Shown: positions 35,600-46,880 of the stretch, in pieces
Layout of the letters: every line of letters begins with the position of its first letter
Position numbering within the stretch: the stretch's first letter is position 1
NCBI GenBank assembly: GCA_028534125.1
Contig: CM052832.1
Span: 7,070,001-7,134,000 of the forward strand
Direction: 5' to 3'
Origin: Lama glama
Lineage: Eukaryota
DNA length: 64,000 bases
Notes under the pieces: generated by a model
What the model was told of the DNA's origin: nothing
The model's database searches: none
What the model saw: only the letters and a program-made list of their open reading frames with translations
Program-made: the position numbers and the translations under genes

Positions 35600-38500
35600 A
35601 TTTAGAATACTAAAAAACGTTGTTTTCATTTAAAGTTTTTGGTGCACCCTCCGTGTGTGTTGAGTGCTCGTGTGTCTGCTCTGTGTGGGAGGAGGTGGAC
35701 TGACAGCCCATCCAGCAGTGGAAAGATTCAATCGGGGGAGCCAGGGAGAGTGACAGTGGAAAGAACACAGGGTTCGGGAGACATCTGTTCTGCCTGGCGT
35801 CCCTGAGCAAGTCACTCGAGCTCTGTGACCCTTCCTATACCATCCGCACAATAACGGGGGTCAGGCCAGATGCTGTCCAAGCTCCCTCCCAAAGGCGATA
35901 TTCCATTTGGCCATCTCAGATGGTTTTTGGAACCATGTGGGATGCAAGAGGAAGGAATGGATAGAATTCGTTAGATCTGTTCACTCCAGCACAAGGCACA
36001 GCCAAGTTTGGGGTGACTTGAGGTGATCACCCCCCATCAGAACACCCGGCTCTGGGAGTGGATCCGCCCAGCACAAGCCCTGCTCCAGGAGACCCTGAAG
36101 GAATGCTTGGCCTGGGAGCGCCAGCCTTCTCTGCCATGCTCACCACGGAAACAAGCCATGCGGCCCGCGCACCACGCCAAGAATCCGGGCAGCTGAGCGA
36201 GCCATGCCATTGTGGGCAGACACCGAGGCTCCCAGAAAACAAGCAAAGGCGAGGCCGGGAAGCTGCCGCGGAGGCAGGTCGTCATGACCTTCCCTCCCCC
36301 GCCAGCACCAGACCAGCAGGCCGACAGGTTTCATCTCCATCCAGGCGACCCAGGCAGCCCTCGGGATGCAAGAGATGGTGCCCACCGCTGCCAGTCTGGA
36401 TGCCTGGGGACTCTCCCTCCATCAACACTGCTGAGCACCAGCCCCATGCCTGAATGCTGCTGGGCACCGTGGGGATGGGGTGAACGCGGGACAGTGCATG
36501 CTCCGGAAGAGATGGCTGGGCCAGAGAGCTAGGGCCCTCCAGAGAGCACATGGCCAAGAGACACAACGCTTGGTGCATTTTGGAGGAAGCAGCTGGAGCA
36601 GAGAGCCTTGGGTGATGCCTCTGTTGGCCCCCTCATCAGAGGCTTTGCACATTTGTTTCATGGAAATGGTTTGAGCCGCCGGGTACCTGGCCAGCCTCAT
36701 CCATGAAAGCCAAGGGTAAAGTCAGCCTGCTTGCTGCTTGCTGGGGCCCTGGCTTTACAGGATGCCTAGCAAATGCTCCTGGGACTTAGGATGCTAATGC
36801 AGATACCACGGAGACCTGCAGAAATCCTGGCATTTTCTGTTGTCTAAGCAGAGTTGGTTGTTGGAAGCCAGGTGGCCCAAGGGAGTAAGGAGTGAAGGAA
36901 ACAAAATACAATTATGGCCAAGCCCCCTTGTACACATAATGTGGTTAATGACATTGACCTCAAAGGACCCGAAGGTTATCAATATTTCAGAACCACCCAG
37001 GTGGCACAGCCCTCCTGGCCTCTCTCCTCATCCACTTGTCTCGTCCTGTAGTACCTCCTCTGCCTCCCCACACCCAGTACACACAACAGCACTGGCACTG
37101 TGGCCGGGGAGGGGGCTTGGTCTGTTTTCTGGTTTATTGTTCCATTTTGCTGACATTTTCTGATTTTCCAGGGAACTGTTACTTCCAGAGGGCTGCCACG
37201 CTGGGAAAGAATCACCAGCCAAAGGCTGTTCCACAGTCCTGAGTTCTTGACCTACTTCTGAAAAGGGGAAGTCCAGCGTGAGAGGCCACCCCAGGTGGTT
37301 GCACAGCCAGGGCCTTGGAGACAGACAGATCCAGGCTCTCTATTTCCACCTGTGCGACTGGGGGCAGTCACATGCCTTCCTTGTGCCTCAATTTCCGGAT
37401 CTGCGAAATGGGCAGCGTGGGCGCTGGCTCCCAACCTTGCCCTCAGGGCTGCTGTGAGAAGTAAGTGCAGTTCTGTACTGAGCACACACCTGATGGGAGC
37501 TGGGTAAATGTCAGTGAGGACATCCTTTAGATAAAGGAAGATGGCAAAGGCCAAGTCCCAGGGTGGCAACGCACAGTGGTTAACCTACATTATCCAGGGC
37601 TGAACAGCTCCCCAAGAAGGCTCAGAAACCCAGCCCATCTGCACCGGGCAGCCAGGCCATCTCTCAGGGACAGTATCTCATTGCCACACTCTGGACAGTT
37701 GAATGGCATCCGATAAGAGAGCCAGGGTGCCTTTGGCCAGCCATGGCTCCTCTGCTGTTGCGAGCACCACCCACAAGGGTCTCCCTGGTGCCTGCTCTTG
37801 GGTGCACCTGTGGCTGACCCATTCCGCTCTCGGACGGAGAGCTGCTTTTTCAGATATACCACTGCTCCGACTCAAGTCCTCACTGTAGCTCTCGTTTGCT
37901 TATTTGTTGTCAGCTGGGTTCCTACTCTTCTTTGCTCTGACCTGTGTCGTAGGGGCTGGGGCCCCACCAGCTGCATTGCCTGGACTCCCTCCAGCGGGCT
38001 CCCAGCTAGGTTCTGGGAAGAGGGGGTGCTGGCAGGGGAGGTGTGAGGAGAGGCTCCTTCTCCCCTCCTCCCTGTGGTCCCTGGGGTGGGGTGTCTCAGG
38101 CAGGATAGACAGCACTAGTGACATCCGAGGGTGACGATGGCAGGGGTTGCGGCCTGGCAGGGCTGCTCCTGGGCTCCTGCTGAAGCGGCTCAGCTCTACA
38201 GCCAGGACCTTGGAATCACACTGGTCCTGGGTCCGCTGGGCATCCCAGCCCAGGGCTGTCAGCGCTGGCTTGCCTGCCGTCACTCCTCTTCGAGTAACCT
38301 ACCTGCCCCTCCACGTCCCTCTCCAGTCTTCCAACACCCTTGCTCCCGACTCCTGAATGAGCCCCTCTGAGGGAAGAGCCCAGGTGGCTTCTGCTTCCTG
38401 GCCGGACCTGGACTAACACACCACCTGAGTGACCATCCAAGATTCACATCTTCGGAGTGATTCTGCACACCTCTGCCAGGCGCGCCATGCACCCGCTTTA

Positions 38501-38659
38501 AAGTTTGACCTTCAGGAGGCAGATTTGTTTCCATTTCCCCCTTTTTCCAGGTTCTTGAATGGAACCACCCCAAGACCCTCATGTTCCTCCTGCCGTCCAC
38601 TCACTTCCCCTTTTGGAACCTCGATGAAGCCACAGCAACAACCTAAAACAAGAGGTAGA

Positions 38660-39115
38660 AGCGTGTGCCTTTGACCCAGCAGTCACACCTCTAGGAATTT
38701 ACCTTGACAACAGCATCACAGAAGAGACAAAACAAGGATTGCCAGAAATGGTCATGACCGGATTGCTTATGATCATGAAAATCCGGAAGCACAAATAAAA
38801 GATCAGTTACATAAATGTTGCTTCGTATATAATGTCCATTTTTTTTTAAGTAGAAAGATTTCCATCCTCTGTTATCAGATTAAAAAACAAAACAGGCTAC
38901 CAGACAGCAGATATACTATGACCACAGGTAAGTAGAATTGCGCGCATATGCATGCATTTCTATTCGGACACAGATGTTTCGTAGAGTAGTTGCCAAAATA
39001 CTGACAGCGGTTCTCTCTTGGGGGAAATTTGGGGTGGGTTTTACATTCTTCTTTGTTCTCCTCTATGTTGTCTGAATTGTTACAATTGATGGATCCCTTT
39101 TACAAAACACTGTTT
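38660..39115 (+). mobile_element. Old L1 (L1ME-like) 3' region
   Basis: cctttgacccagcagtcacacctctaggaatttacc...acagcggttctctcttggggg...ctatgttgtctgaatt. Confidence 0.65.
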
Positions 39116-39129
39116 GTTTTTTAAAAGGC

Positions 39130-39855
39130 AGTGGGCGAAGATAGCAGTGAGCAGAACCAGCAAAAATTTCTTCCCTCATGGAGCTGACATTCTAAGGGTA
39201 AAAAATAGAGTGAAACATATAGTGGGGTGGATATTCGTGGGAGGCAAAAAAGCAAGAAAGGAGAAAAAGAAATGCATCTGGGGCGTGGAGGCTTAGGGTT
39301 AGGGAGGGTGTTACAACTTTTAAAAGGATAGTGACGTTGGAGCAAAGACCTGAAGGAGGTGAGAGAGTGAGCCATGTGATACATCTGGGGAAAGGTGGTT
39401 CAGGCTGAAGAAAGAGCTAGTGCAAAGGCCCTGGGGTGGGAATGTCCCTGGTACAGGGGAGAAGCAGCAAGGAGGCTTGGGGGATGGGAGTGGAGGAGAA
39501 TCTTAAGAGATGAGGTCAGGCAGGTAACAGGGAACCAGCTTATGGAAAACTTTGGCTCTCACTGAGACGGAAGCCACTGAGAGTCTTGTGCAGAGGAATA
39601 ACCTGGTCAGAAAGGTTTTTAGAAGGCCACTCTGGCTGCTAGGTGAGAATAGGGAGGGAGCAGAGAGGCCATTTGAGAGGCAATTGCAGTCACTCAGGTG
39701 AGAGAGGATCATGGCTTGGACCAGGTGGTAGCAATAGAGGTGGTGGGAGGTGGATGGATAATGGAACTCTTTAGAAACTAAAGCCAAAGAGATGTGCTCT
39801 TAGATTGGATGTAGGCATGAGAGGTAACGAAGGGCCAAGAATTACTTCGAAGTTA
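39130..39855 (-). mobile_element. L2 LINE fragment
   Basis: cctcatggagctgacattcta...gagcaaagacctgaaggaggtgagagagtgagccatg...tgcaaaggccctggggtgggaatg...ggcttggaccaggtggtagca. Confidence 0.85.
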
Positions 39856-41116
39856 GAGTCAAAGAGTCTTTCCATCCCTGCTCCGCCCAATAGAGAATCC
39901 CATCCGCCAAAGCACCAGCAGCTCCCCCTCTGGTCTCTGCTTGAATGCCTTCAGAAACAGGTCCCTCACTACCTCACAAAGCTGAGCCAGGTGCCTGCTG
40001 GTAAATTCTTCCTTGTCTTAAGCCTGCGATTCTCTGCCATGGATCTTATGCCAGCTTCCCGCTTGCCACTTTAAACCACCATGTGCTTGTCTTATGCTTT
40101 GCCAACCCTAAGACACACTAAGCCTTGGGAAAAACAGTTATCAGGGCAGTTTAGTGTCCTTCAGGGGAAGACTCAACCTTGAATCAACCAAACTAATTTC
40201 CTTTTTTCTGCCCAGCCCCTTCAAATTGATATTTTGCTTGAATTTAATTCCTTTTACTACTTCCCCAACCCTCTGCCCCCGAAACTATCAAATTTCCCCT
40301 CACTCTGCTTTCTGCAAGGTGAAGGCCGTCTTGCCCTTCTAATCCCCTTTCAGCCCCATCTCCAAAAGCTAGACCAGGCCTGGTTTCTGAGGCCCCACTC
40401 ACCCAGGACAGGAGCTCAGACTTTTTTTTCCCTCCAGTCTGCCCAGATGGAATGAGTATTATGTCAGCTCCTTCCTCTGCTCTCCGTAATCTGAATCTCC
40501 TATAGAAATATAATATATACATACGTATGTATATATACTGGCATGCTGACCAAATGATTCAGTCACCGTATCTAAATTTAGGATTTATATGCTAGCCCCT
40601 CTTTGTTCTCAAAAGATGTAGGATTTTGTTTTTCTTGCTATTGTTGCTTTTAATCTAATGCAAAAGAAGTAAGTTAAAATTAGAACCAAAGACTGTTCAA
40701 ATGAGTAAAAGCCAGAAGCTGATGCCCCCCGGGGTGTTGCAGACAGATGTCAGTTTAGCTGTTTCTTCAGCTCAAGATTAGAACAAAGGCTGGGCCCTTG
40801 GACCACGGATTCCCTTCCTAAAAAAGTGAAGAGGAGAGGGGGCTTAGTCCCTCAGAGACGGAGGGCAGCTCAGACCTGAGTGTGTGATTCTCATGCCACT
40901 GGGTGCCTCCTGACACCGGGCACAGGAGAGAGGAAGGAACAACGCCCACTGACCATAGAGGGGCGTTTGGACCACACTTTCAGGAGCGCACAGCCCCCAT
41001 CACATCCATGGCTGGTTCTGATAGGCACAGCAGATGCCATCATCCCCGTCTGACACAGGTCAGAAGACCAAGGCTCGGAGGGGTTAAATAACTTTCCCAA
41101 AGTCAAACCTCAGGAT

Positions 41117-41278
41117 GGGGGAAGGTATAGCTCAGTGGTAGAGCGCATGCTTAGCATGCATGAGGTGCTGGGTTCAATCCCCAGTACCTCCATTTTAAAA
41201 AATTTAATAAATAAATAGATAAGCCTAATTAGCCAGCAGCAGCCCCCCCCAAAAAAACATACAAAAAACAAACAAAAA
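41117..41278 (+). mobile_element. tRNA-Ala-derived SINE (Vic-1-like) with a near-intact tRNA-like head
   Basis: ggtatagctcagtggtagagcgcatgcttagcatgcatgaggtgctgggttcaatccccagtacctcca, followed by an AT-rich linker, cctaatta...ccccccc and an A-rich tail. Confidence 0.9.
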
Positions 41279-41704
41279 GTCTCAAGAAGCCTGGCCACCT
41301 GTGCTTACCATTCTCTCCATGCCCTTCCCTCCATGCCCTTCAAATTGTTTAAATTCAAATTGTTCAAATTGTTGATAATTCCTCTCTGAGAGGGCTGGGA
41401 GCCCCTGGAGGGTAGAGCCCTTATTCTATTCATCTTTGTGTCCCCCGGGGACACCAGCATTGTAGGCATCCAATAAATGTTTGCTGAATTGGTTTGAACT
41501 CCATTGAAGCTTCTTTAGAAGTGGATGGTTAGACCTAAGACACCATGGCTTTAAAAAAGAGAAGTCCCGCAAAGAGCTGCTTTGAAAGTTTGAGAAAAAG
41601 ATGGAGGAATCCAGGCCCCCGCTGGGGCGAAGACGCCAGTTCCTAAAGAAAGGTGGCAATGGAACAGGCAGGAATCCCAGAGCAGACACCCCCTGGCTCC
41701 TCAC

Positions 41705-41852
41705 TGCGATGCAAGGTATGTCGTGGGCCAGTAGCATCAGCATCCCCCTAGAGCTGAATACAAATGCGGGGTCTCGGGCCCCACCCCAGAGCGGCGGAAA
41801 CAGAACCTGCATCTTAACAAGCTCTCCACACCCAAGCCTGAGAGGCACTGGG
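41705..41852. mobile_element. MER5A-like hAT MITE
   Basis: ccagtagcatcagcatccccctagagctg...aaatgcggggtctcgggccccaccccaga...ctgcatcttaacaag. Confidence 0.75.
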
Positions 41853-42114
41853 GGTGCCAGGGACTGCCAAGACCAGGCAGCTCACCAGCTGGGAGCCCTT
41901 CAAATGCTCAGGACGGAGTTACTCTGTGCAATGTGGTTTCCGACCCTTGGTCTGTTTCTGGAAAAAGAGCAGCAGATTGGCTTCTGGTGAATAAGCACGC
42001 TTCATGAAAACGCTAATTCAAGTAGGAAAGCGAGAAGGGCCCTCCTCCTTATGGGAAGTCGGATCCTGGAGGGCAGAGGTTACTCCAGATTTCTGAAATT
42101 CCGTCCAGGTCTCC

Positions 42115-42212
42115 ACCAAGGGACACTGGCAAAGTCTGGAGACAAGTTTGGTTGTCACAACTGGGGAGGGCAGTGTTACCGGCACTTAAGAGGAGAGGCC
42201 GGGATGCTGGCT
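42115..42212. mobile_element. MER20-like hAT fragment
   Basis: ggggacactggcaaagtctggagacaagtttggttgtcacaactgggg...gaggccgggatgctg. Confidence 0.8.
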
Positions 42213-42480
42213 TCCTCCTTATGGGCCAGTTACTCTGTGATTCGGTTTCTGCTCCACTACAGAGAAAGGGGGTGGATTTACCAAATTTAGGGAGGGCTGG
42301 GAGTTTTAGAAAAGAATCAGAGAACCTTTAAAAGCTTATTCTGCACAAGAACGAGAAAAGTGGAAATAAGACTCAAGTTGTAACAGAGGGTTGGGACAGG
42401 TAACAAAGAACAGAATGCAAGTGAAGGAACGAATGTGGCAGAGAAAGGCCAACACCCAGAAGGTACGTACAAAAATCTTG

Positions 42481-42512
42481 TTTATTATAAAAAAAAAAAA
42501 AAAACTTTTATT
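42481..42512 (-). terminator. Tandem polyadenylation signals
   Basis: Plus-strand tttatt at 42507-42512 and 42481-42486 reads AATAAA twice on the minus strand, separated by a T16 tract (plus-strand A16 at 42489-42504). Confidence 0.7.
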
Positions 42513-43156
42513 CAAAAGAAAGACTTAAATACCCCCCTTCTCCAAATACATCAGATTTTTCTCACTTCTCTATTTCCCAAACCTCTTGAAATGTGGTTAT
42601 AATGAGAAAAAAAGAAATTTATTTTCCCCAAAATATTTTCTAAAAAGAACACATAAAAGTCCCCAGAGATCAGACACAACATCGACAGCTGGCGAGTGGG
42701 AAGCTGGAGCCGCCCTGGGACTGCTGCTTCTGTTAACACGCTTCGCACTTCCAGGATACGCAGAAGTCACCGATGGGGGCCATGAGAGGATGGTTCCCCC
42801 AGCATCCTTCCCAGGGTCCCACCATCACCGTCTTGGCGCACTTTTCCTGCCAGGAGTTCAAGGCCTTTTCCAAAACAAGAGAAGGACATGTGAAGGGCCA
42901 GGAGAGCCCCAGGGAGCGGGGCAGGCAGGCATGAGTGGTGAAAAGGATCCACCGCTGAAAAGGATCCTCTCTGGGAAGGGAGTGTGAGACGCACCATCGT
43001 TTCAGGTTGAAATGCAAGGGGAGGAGGGTTCCCTCTGATCTTCTGCTGGGACTGCCTGGCTCATGGGTGACTGACTGGCAGGGGTGTCTGGCGCACTCGG
43101 GACTTGGGATCCCTTTAGTGTGCTCGGCTCCCATGCACAGTCCGGGGGAAGCTCCA
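42481..43156 (-). other. 3' UTR of the minus-strand gene
   Basis: No recognisable repeat lies between the TGA and the tandem AATAAA hexamers, and the sequence becomes AT-rich toward the end. Confidence 0.65.
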
Positions 43157-43737
43157 TCAGTTGGCATCAGGGGCCTCTGGCGGGGGCTGAGGCTGAGACC
43201 CCAGGGATGAGGCCAGTTTGGTGAGGGCCCTCGCTATGACGTCTAGGTGGCCATTCATTGTCCGTAACTCCACAAGGATGTCCCCAACATTCGCTTCCAA
43301 GCTCGCAGTGGCGGCGGCGGGCCGGGCGCAGGGCAGCGGGGAGGCGCCCTGGTCCTCGGGGCCCTCCTCTCTGCCCGCGGCGCCCGGGAGCAGGACGCGG
43401 GGCGCCGGTCGATCGCGCTCCTCCCCGCGGACGCCGGGAGGGGTGGCCGAGGGGCAGCGGGGCAGCCAGTCGACGAGGCGCGGGGCCGCCTCCGGGGAGG
43501 AGGCGACCACCGAGTAGTGGCCCGCGCGCCGGGGGGCGCCCGAGGCCGAGGCGGGAGGCGCAGGGACGGCGGGGAGCGGCGGCAGCAGCGGGGGCAGCAC
43601 CGCGGGCCCCGGGGAGAACGCCTGGGGCTCGCAGGACGACGAGGGAGAGGGCGGCGCGGCGGTGGAGGGGCCTGGCTCCTCGGAGGAGAGGAACAAGGTG
43701 GTCGAAGACTGGGAGTCCAAGGTGCTGGGCTCCGAAT
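43157..43737 (-). CDS. Terminal coding exon (partial CDS, ~193 aa) of an unidentified spliced gene: Pro/Ser/Ala-rich region followed by a C-terminal coiled-coil helix
   Basis: The minus-strand acceptor is cttttctgtttcttccttgacag|ATTCGGAG (AG at 43739-43738, phase 1). The frame stays open through (D)SEPSTLDSQ...LEANVGDILVELRTMNGHLDVIARALTKLASSL...APDAN to TGA at 43159-43157. Hydrophobic residues follow an unbroken 4/3 heptad spacing over 33 aa. The exon is CpG dense, and AATAAA signals lie ~650 nt downstream. Confidence 0.85.
43290..43720. promoter_or_regulatory. CpG island overlapping the terminal exon
   Basis: Very high GC content with dense CpGs, in contrast to CpG-depleted flanks. Confidence 0.75.
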
Positions 43738-45437
43738 CTGTCAAGGAAGAAACAGAAAAGGTCACTCGGGCATTTATTGTCAGCTGTATGCCCAGCGCCA
43801 TGCTAGGTGTAAAAGAACTGAGGAAGAAGGTGGAAACGTATTTCCTACCCCCAGACTTGCAATGGAGTAAGGAAGAGTGGGTTACAGGAGCACAGGATTT
43901 CGAGGCAGGGGAGACCCCGGAGTCCAACAAGGCATCCTGGTGGGTGAGGCTCTGCACCGAGGTCTAGACAGGGGGCGCTGCTGTGAAGACAGGGAGCAGG
44001 TTCCAGACACTGGACGAACTTCAGCCTCTTCGGAAGCAATCTTGCCAAGGACGTAGGTGGAGGCTGTGGAAGAAGGGCCCTTCCCCACTATTCGCGGGAG
44101 AAGTGTTACAAGCAGAGGGTCCCTCCACTGTCCCAGCAACGCCGAGCTCTCTGTGTGGGAGTTGAAAGAGTTTGCGGCTAGGAGCCAGAAGTTCTTACAG
44201 CCATTTCTCACTCTGCCAGGAATGCCATGGAACCTTGGGCCAGACCCATTTTCCCTTGGAGACTTGGTTTCATTTCCCCAAGGACAGGAAGGCTGCGCCC
44301 AGTGACTCCCCCTGCCCCAGGGCCCTACCACGACTGACTGACCTGCCTACAAAAGTCATCAGCTTGAAGCATCGGACTAAGTTCACAGCAGGCCACGCCC
44401 AAAGGCTCTACCTGCCTCCTTTTTTAGTTCTCCCCTAATCCCTTGAGCCCCCAGGTAGAAAGCGGGCGGCAGCTCTTTGTGATTGGTTATGGTAACAGGG
44501 TTTACCAACCTCAGATCAAAGGATCCACATCAATGCTGAAGACCTGAAGTCAGCTGTTTCGGACACCCTGTTCCCGCCTTTGGGCAGGTGGCCCACACTC
44601 GCCCTGGAAGCAGTTCTGAGTTTTACTGGAGCCAAGTCTCCAATGCCTCGCTCCCAATTCCAGCTGGAGTGTCTGCTGTTGGCTTTCCACATGGTCGGTT
44701 CGGGTGCCCACTATTAATGCCCTGCCCTTGAGGACTTCCAAGCCTTTCAAAGGCGGAACTTGCTCGATTACCTCAGCCTGTTATCTTGTGGAGGGTAGGG
44801 GGACGACATGATGACAGAGCCAGTGAGTAAACACGTTCCCCGTTGCTTGTGAACATGTGTGCTCTCGCCACCAGTCACGGGTGAGCGGTTCCTTCGTCTG
44901 CGCCTGGCGGAAACTCAGAGCAGTGCTCAGTCAGCTGGCGGGAGCTTGTTCCCTCCTCCATCCTGACTTCAGCCCCCAACCCTGTTCTCACAGGGCTCAC
45001 AGGCCCCAGATGTCCCCATGTCCAGTCTATGTGGTTAGGAAGTTTGTCCATGGGAGCAGAGAAGCAATTGCTCCCCAGGGACCACATTCAAGGAGAGCCA
45101 CTCATGTACCTGACAGCTTCTCGGATGGAAATTTCACTGGGATTTCCTGCTGTTGGATTTCACAGAACTGCCTCTCCTCCACCAAAACCTTATTTCCCCT
45201 GGTTTCTGTGATGCTCTTCTTTTGTAAACCAAGAAGCGCAGACACTTCTGAGCCCATGACTCCCATGAGTTGAAAACGATCAAGGAGAAACTCTCCAAAC
45301 TGCTGGCTCCGGTTTCACTTTAGAAGGATGTTAATGAACTTCACGCTTCCAACTCCTGTAGCAGCCAAGTGGCCTTTATATCTAATCGAAGTCTAACGAA
45401 TAAAATGAGATAGAGGCCAGCACACAGAGTGTTCCAG

Positions 45438-45602
45438 CACAGTGTTTCCTGAACTCTCCTGTGCAGGCCGTTCCCCTGGGACACTGTTAAAGGGCAGGCT
45501 GTGGTTCTGCGGGTCGGGGTGCAGCCTGAGGCTCTGAATTTCTTGCCAGTCTCCTGGGAGACTAGGATGCTGCTGGTCTGGGGACCACATCTGGCAGAGC
45601 AA
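45438..45602. mobile_element. MER5-like hAT MITE
   Basis: cagtgtttcctgaact...gggtcggggtgcagcctgaggctctgaatttct...gatgctgctggtctggggaccaca. Confidence 0.7.
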
Positions 45603-45651
45603 AGGTGGAAACCACACATACAAGGTTGGCAAAAAAGCATTGGGTTTCGAT

Positions 45652-45778
45652 GGGGAGGATATAGCTCAGTGGTAGAATGTGCGCTTAGCATGCACGAGGT
45701 CCTGGGTTCAAACCCCAGTGCCTCCATTAAAAAAAGAAAACAACAAATAAAAAACTTTTTAATTAAAAAAATTAAAAA
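45652..45778 (+). mobile_element. tRNA-Ala-derived SINE, short form
   Basis: The tRNA-Ala-like head runs directly into an A-rich tail. Degenerate target-site duplication aaaaagcattgggtttc / aaaaagcttagcgttc. Confidence 0.88.
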
Positions 45779-46684
45779 GCTTAGCGTTCATGGTCATAGA
45801 AACTAGAGTAACCAGGGATAGAGGAGCAACCTGGAAGCCAAATATGATCATGAAGATAGTAACAGCGCTGACGCTGAGAGGCAGCCTCTCCTGCTGTTAG
45901 TTAGACAGTTTCTGGCCAAGTGTTGAACCAAAGAGCACTGGCTTAGGGGAGAGTGAAGGGTCCTTAAAGGGGAAAGCCCTTCACTATTGTTTCAGCTAAC
46001 ACTTCAAAACACATCAAGTTGTCAGGGCCCAATCCACCCCGACTGGCAAATAGAATTGAAAACAGAAGCACCTTTTTAATAAGGACGTCGCCTTCCAGAA
46101 CTTTCTCCTGGCTGTCAGGAAACTTGGTTGCAGCCCCAGTTCAGCTAAAATCAGGGCTAAATGATGTATAGATCTCTTCCATCCAAGCAACTGATCATTT
46201 TATCCCTGATTTGGGACATAAGCTTTGGAATCAATGACATCATTTTCAAGCAGCTTCAGTGACCGCTACGAAAAGTATCACAGTCTGGCTCTGACACTCA
46301 CAGCTCTCTGTGGGAGGAGGGGGCTCTTAGGCACAGATGGTGGGGCTGTTTGGACTCCTTAATTCCTTCCTTTACCCCTCACGTGGTCTCTGACCTTTAC
46401 CCTGCTTCACTGGTCTGAGCCTTAGGACCACCTGACATTTTATGTACTTTTTTTTTTTGTTCACTAGACTGGAAGTCCTGCGGAACCAGTGATACTGCTT
46501 ATTTCATTCTCTGCTATGTCGCCAGGGCTTAAACAGTGTCTGGCATTAAGTAGATGCTCAAAAAATACTTGTTGATAGGACGTCACACAATCACCATCAG
46601 TCCAGAAACACATCTCCAAACGCAGTACCCTGATCCCCCTGTGTGTTGTTTAGTCATTTAGTGCTGCAACTATTTATAGATTCT

Positions 46685-46782
46685 GTGCAATATTGAGGAC
46701 ATAATTATATTTAAAAAATTACTCCTTGTATATCTGATATTTCAATTTAACTGAGTGTCCCAGATTTGATCTGGCAACCTTA
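46685..46782. mobile_element. MER53-like hAT half element
   Basis: ggacataattatatttaaaaaattactccttgtatatctgatatttcaatttaactgagtgtcc...atctggcaacct. Confidence 0.65.
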
Positions 46783-46828
46783 TGGGAGGCTGACATTTCC
46801 ATCATGTTTCATAGATAAGGAAAGTAAA

Positions 46829-46879
<51 letters not shown>
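46829..46879. repeat. (AAT)17 microsatellite
   Basis: Perfect trinucleotide run. Confidence 0.95.

Positions 46880-46880
<1 letters not shown>

Noticed and set aside
42043..42225. 13-bp direct repeat tcctccttatggg around the MER20-like fragment
   Set aside because: It does not abut the element ends and is not the 8-bp duplication expected for hAT elements.
43738..43957. N-terminal 73 codons of the 266-aa ORF, treated as a single-exon gene
   Set aside because: The track starts the ORF at a non-ATG codon, and the region contains the polypyrimidine tract and AG acceptor. It is best read as intron that happens to be stop-free.
43218..43967. Overlapping plus-strand ORFs (99-182 aa)
   Set aside because: These are Arg/Gly/Ala-rich shadows of a very GC-rich exon, with no supporting splice or poly(A) signals.
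43965..43980. CTCF-like site tagacagggggcgctg
   Set aside because: The 3' part fits, but the 5' CC..C positions mismatch; too weak without ChIP data.
23431..45725. Bona fide tRNA-Ala genes
   Set aside because: All four tRNA-like sequences carry SINE-type tails and substitutions, so they are called SINEs. The best-preserved copy is flagged as a finding.
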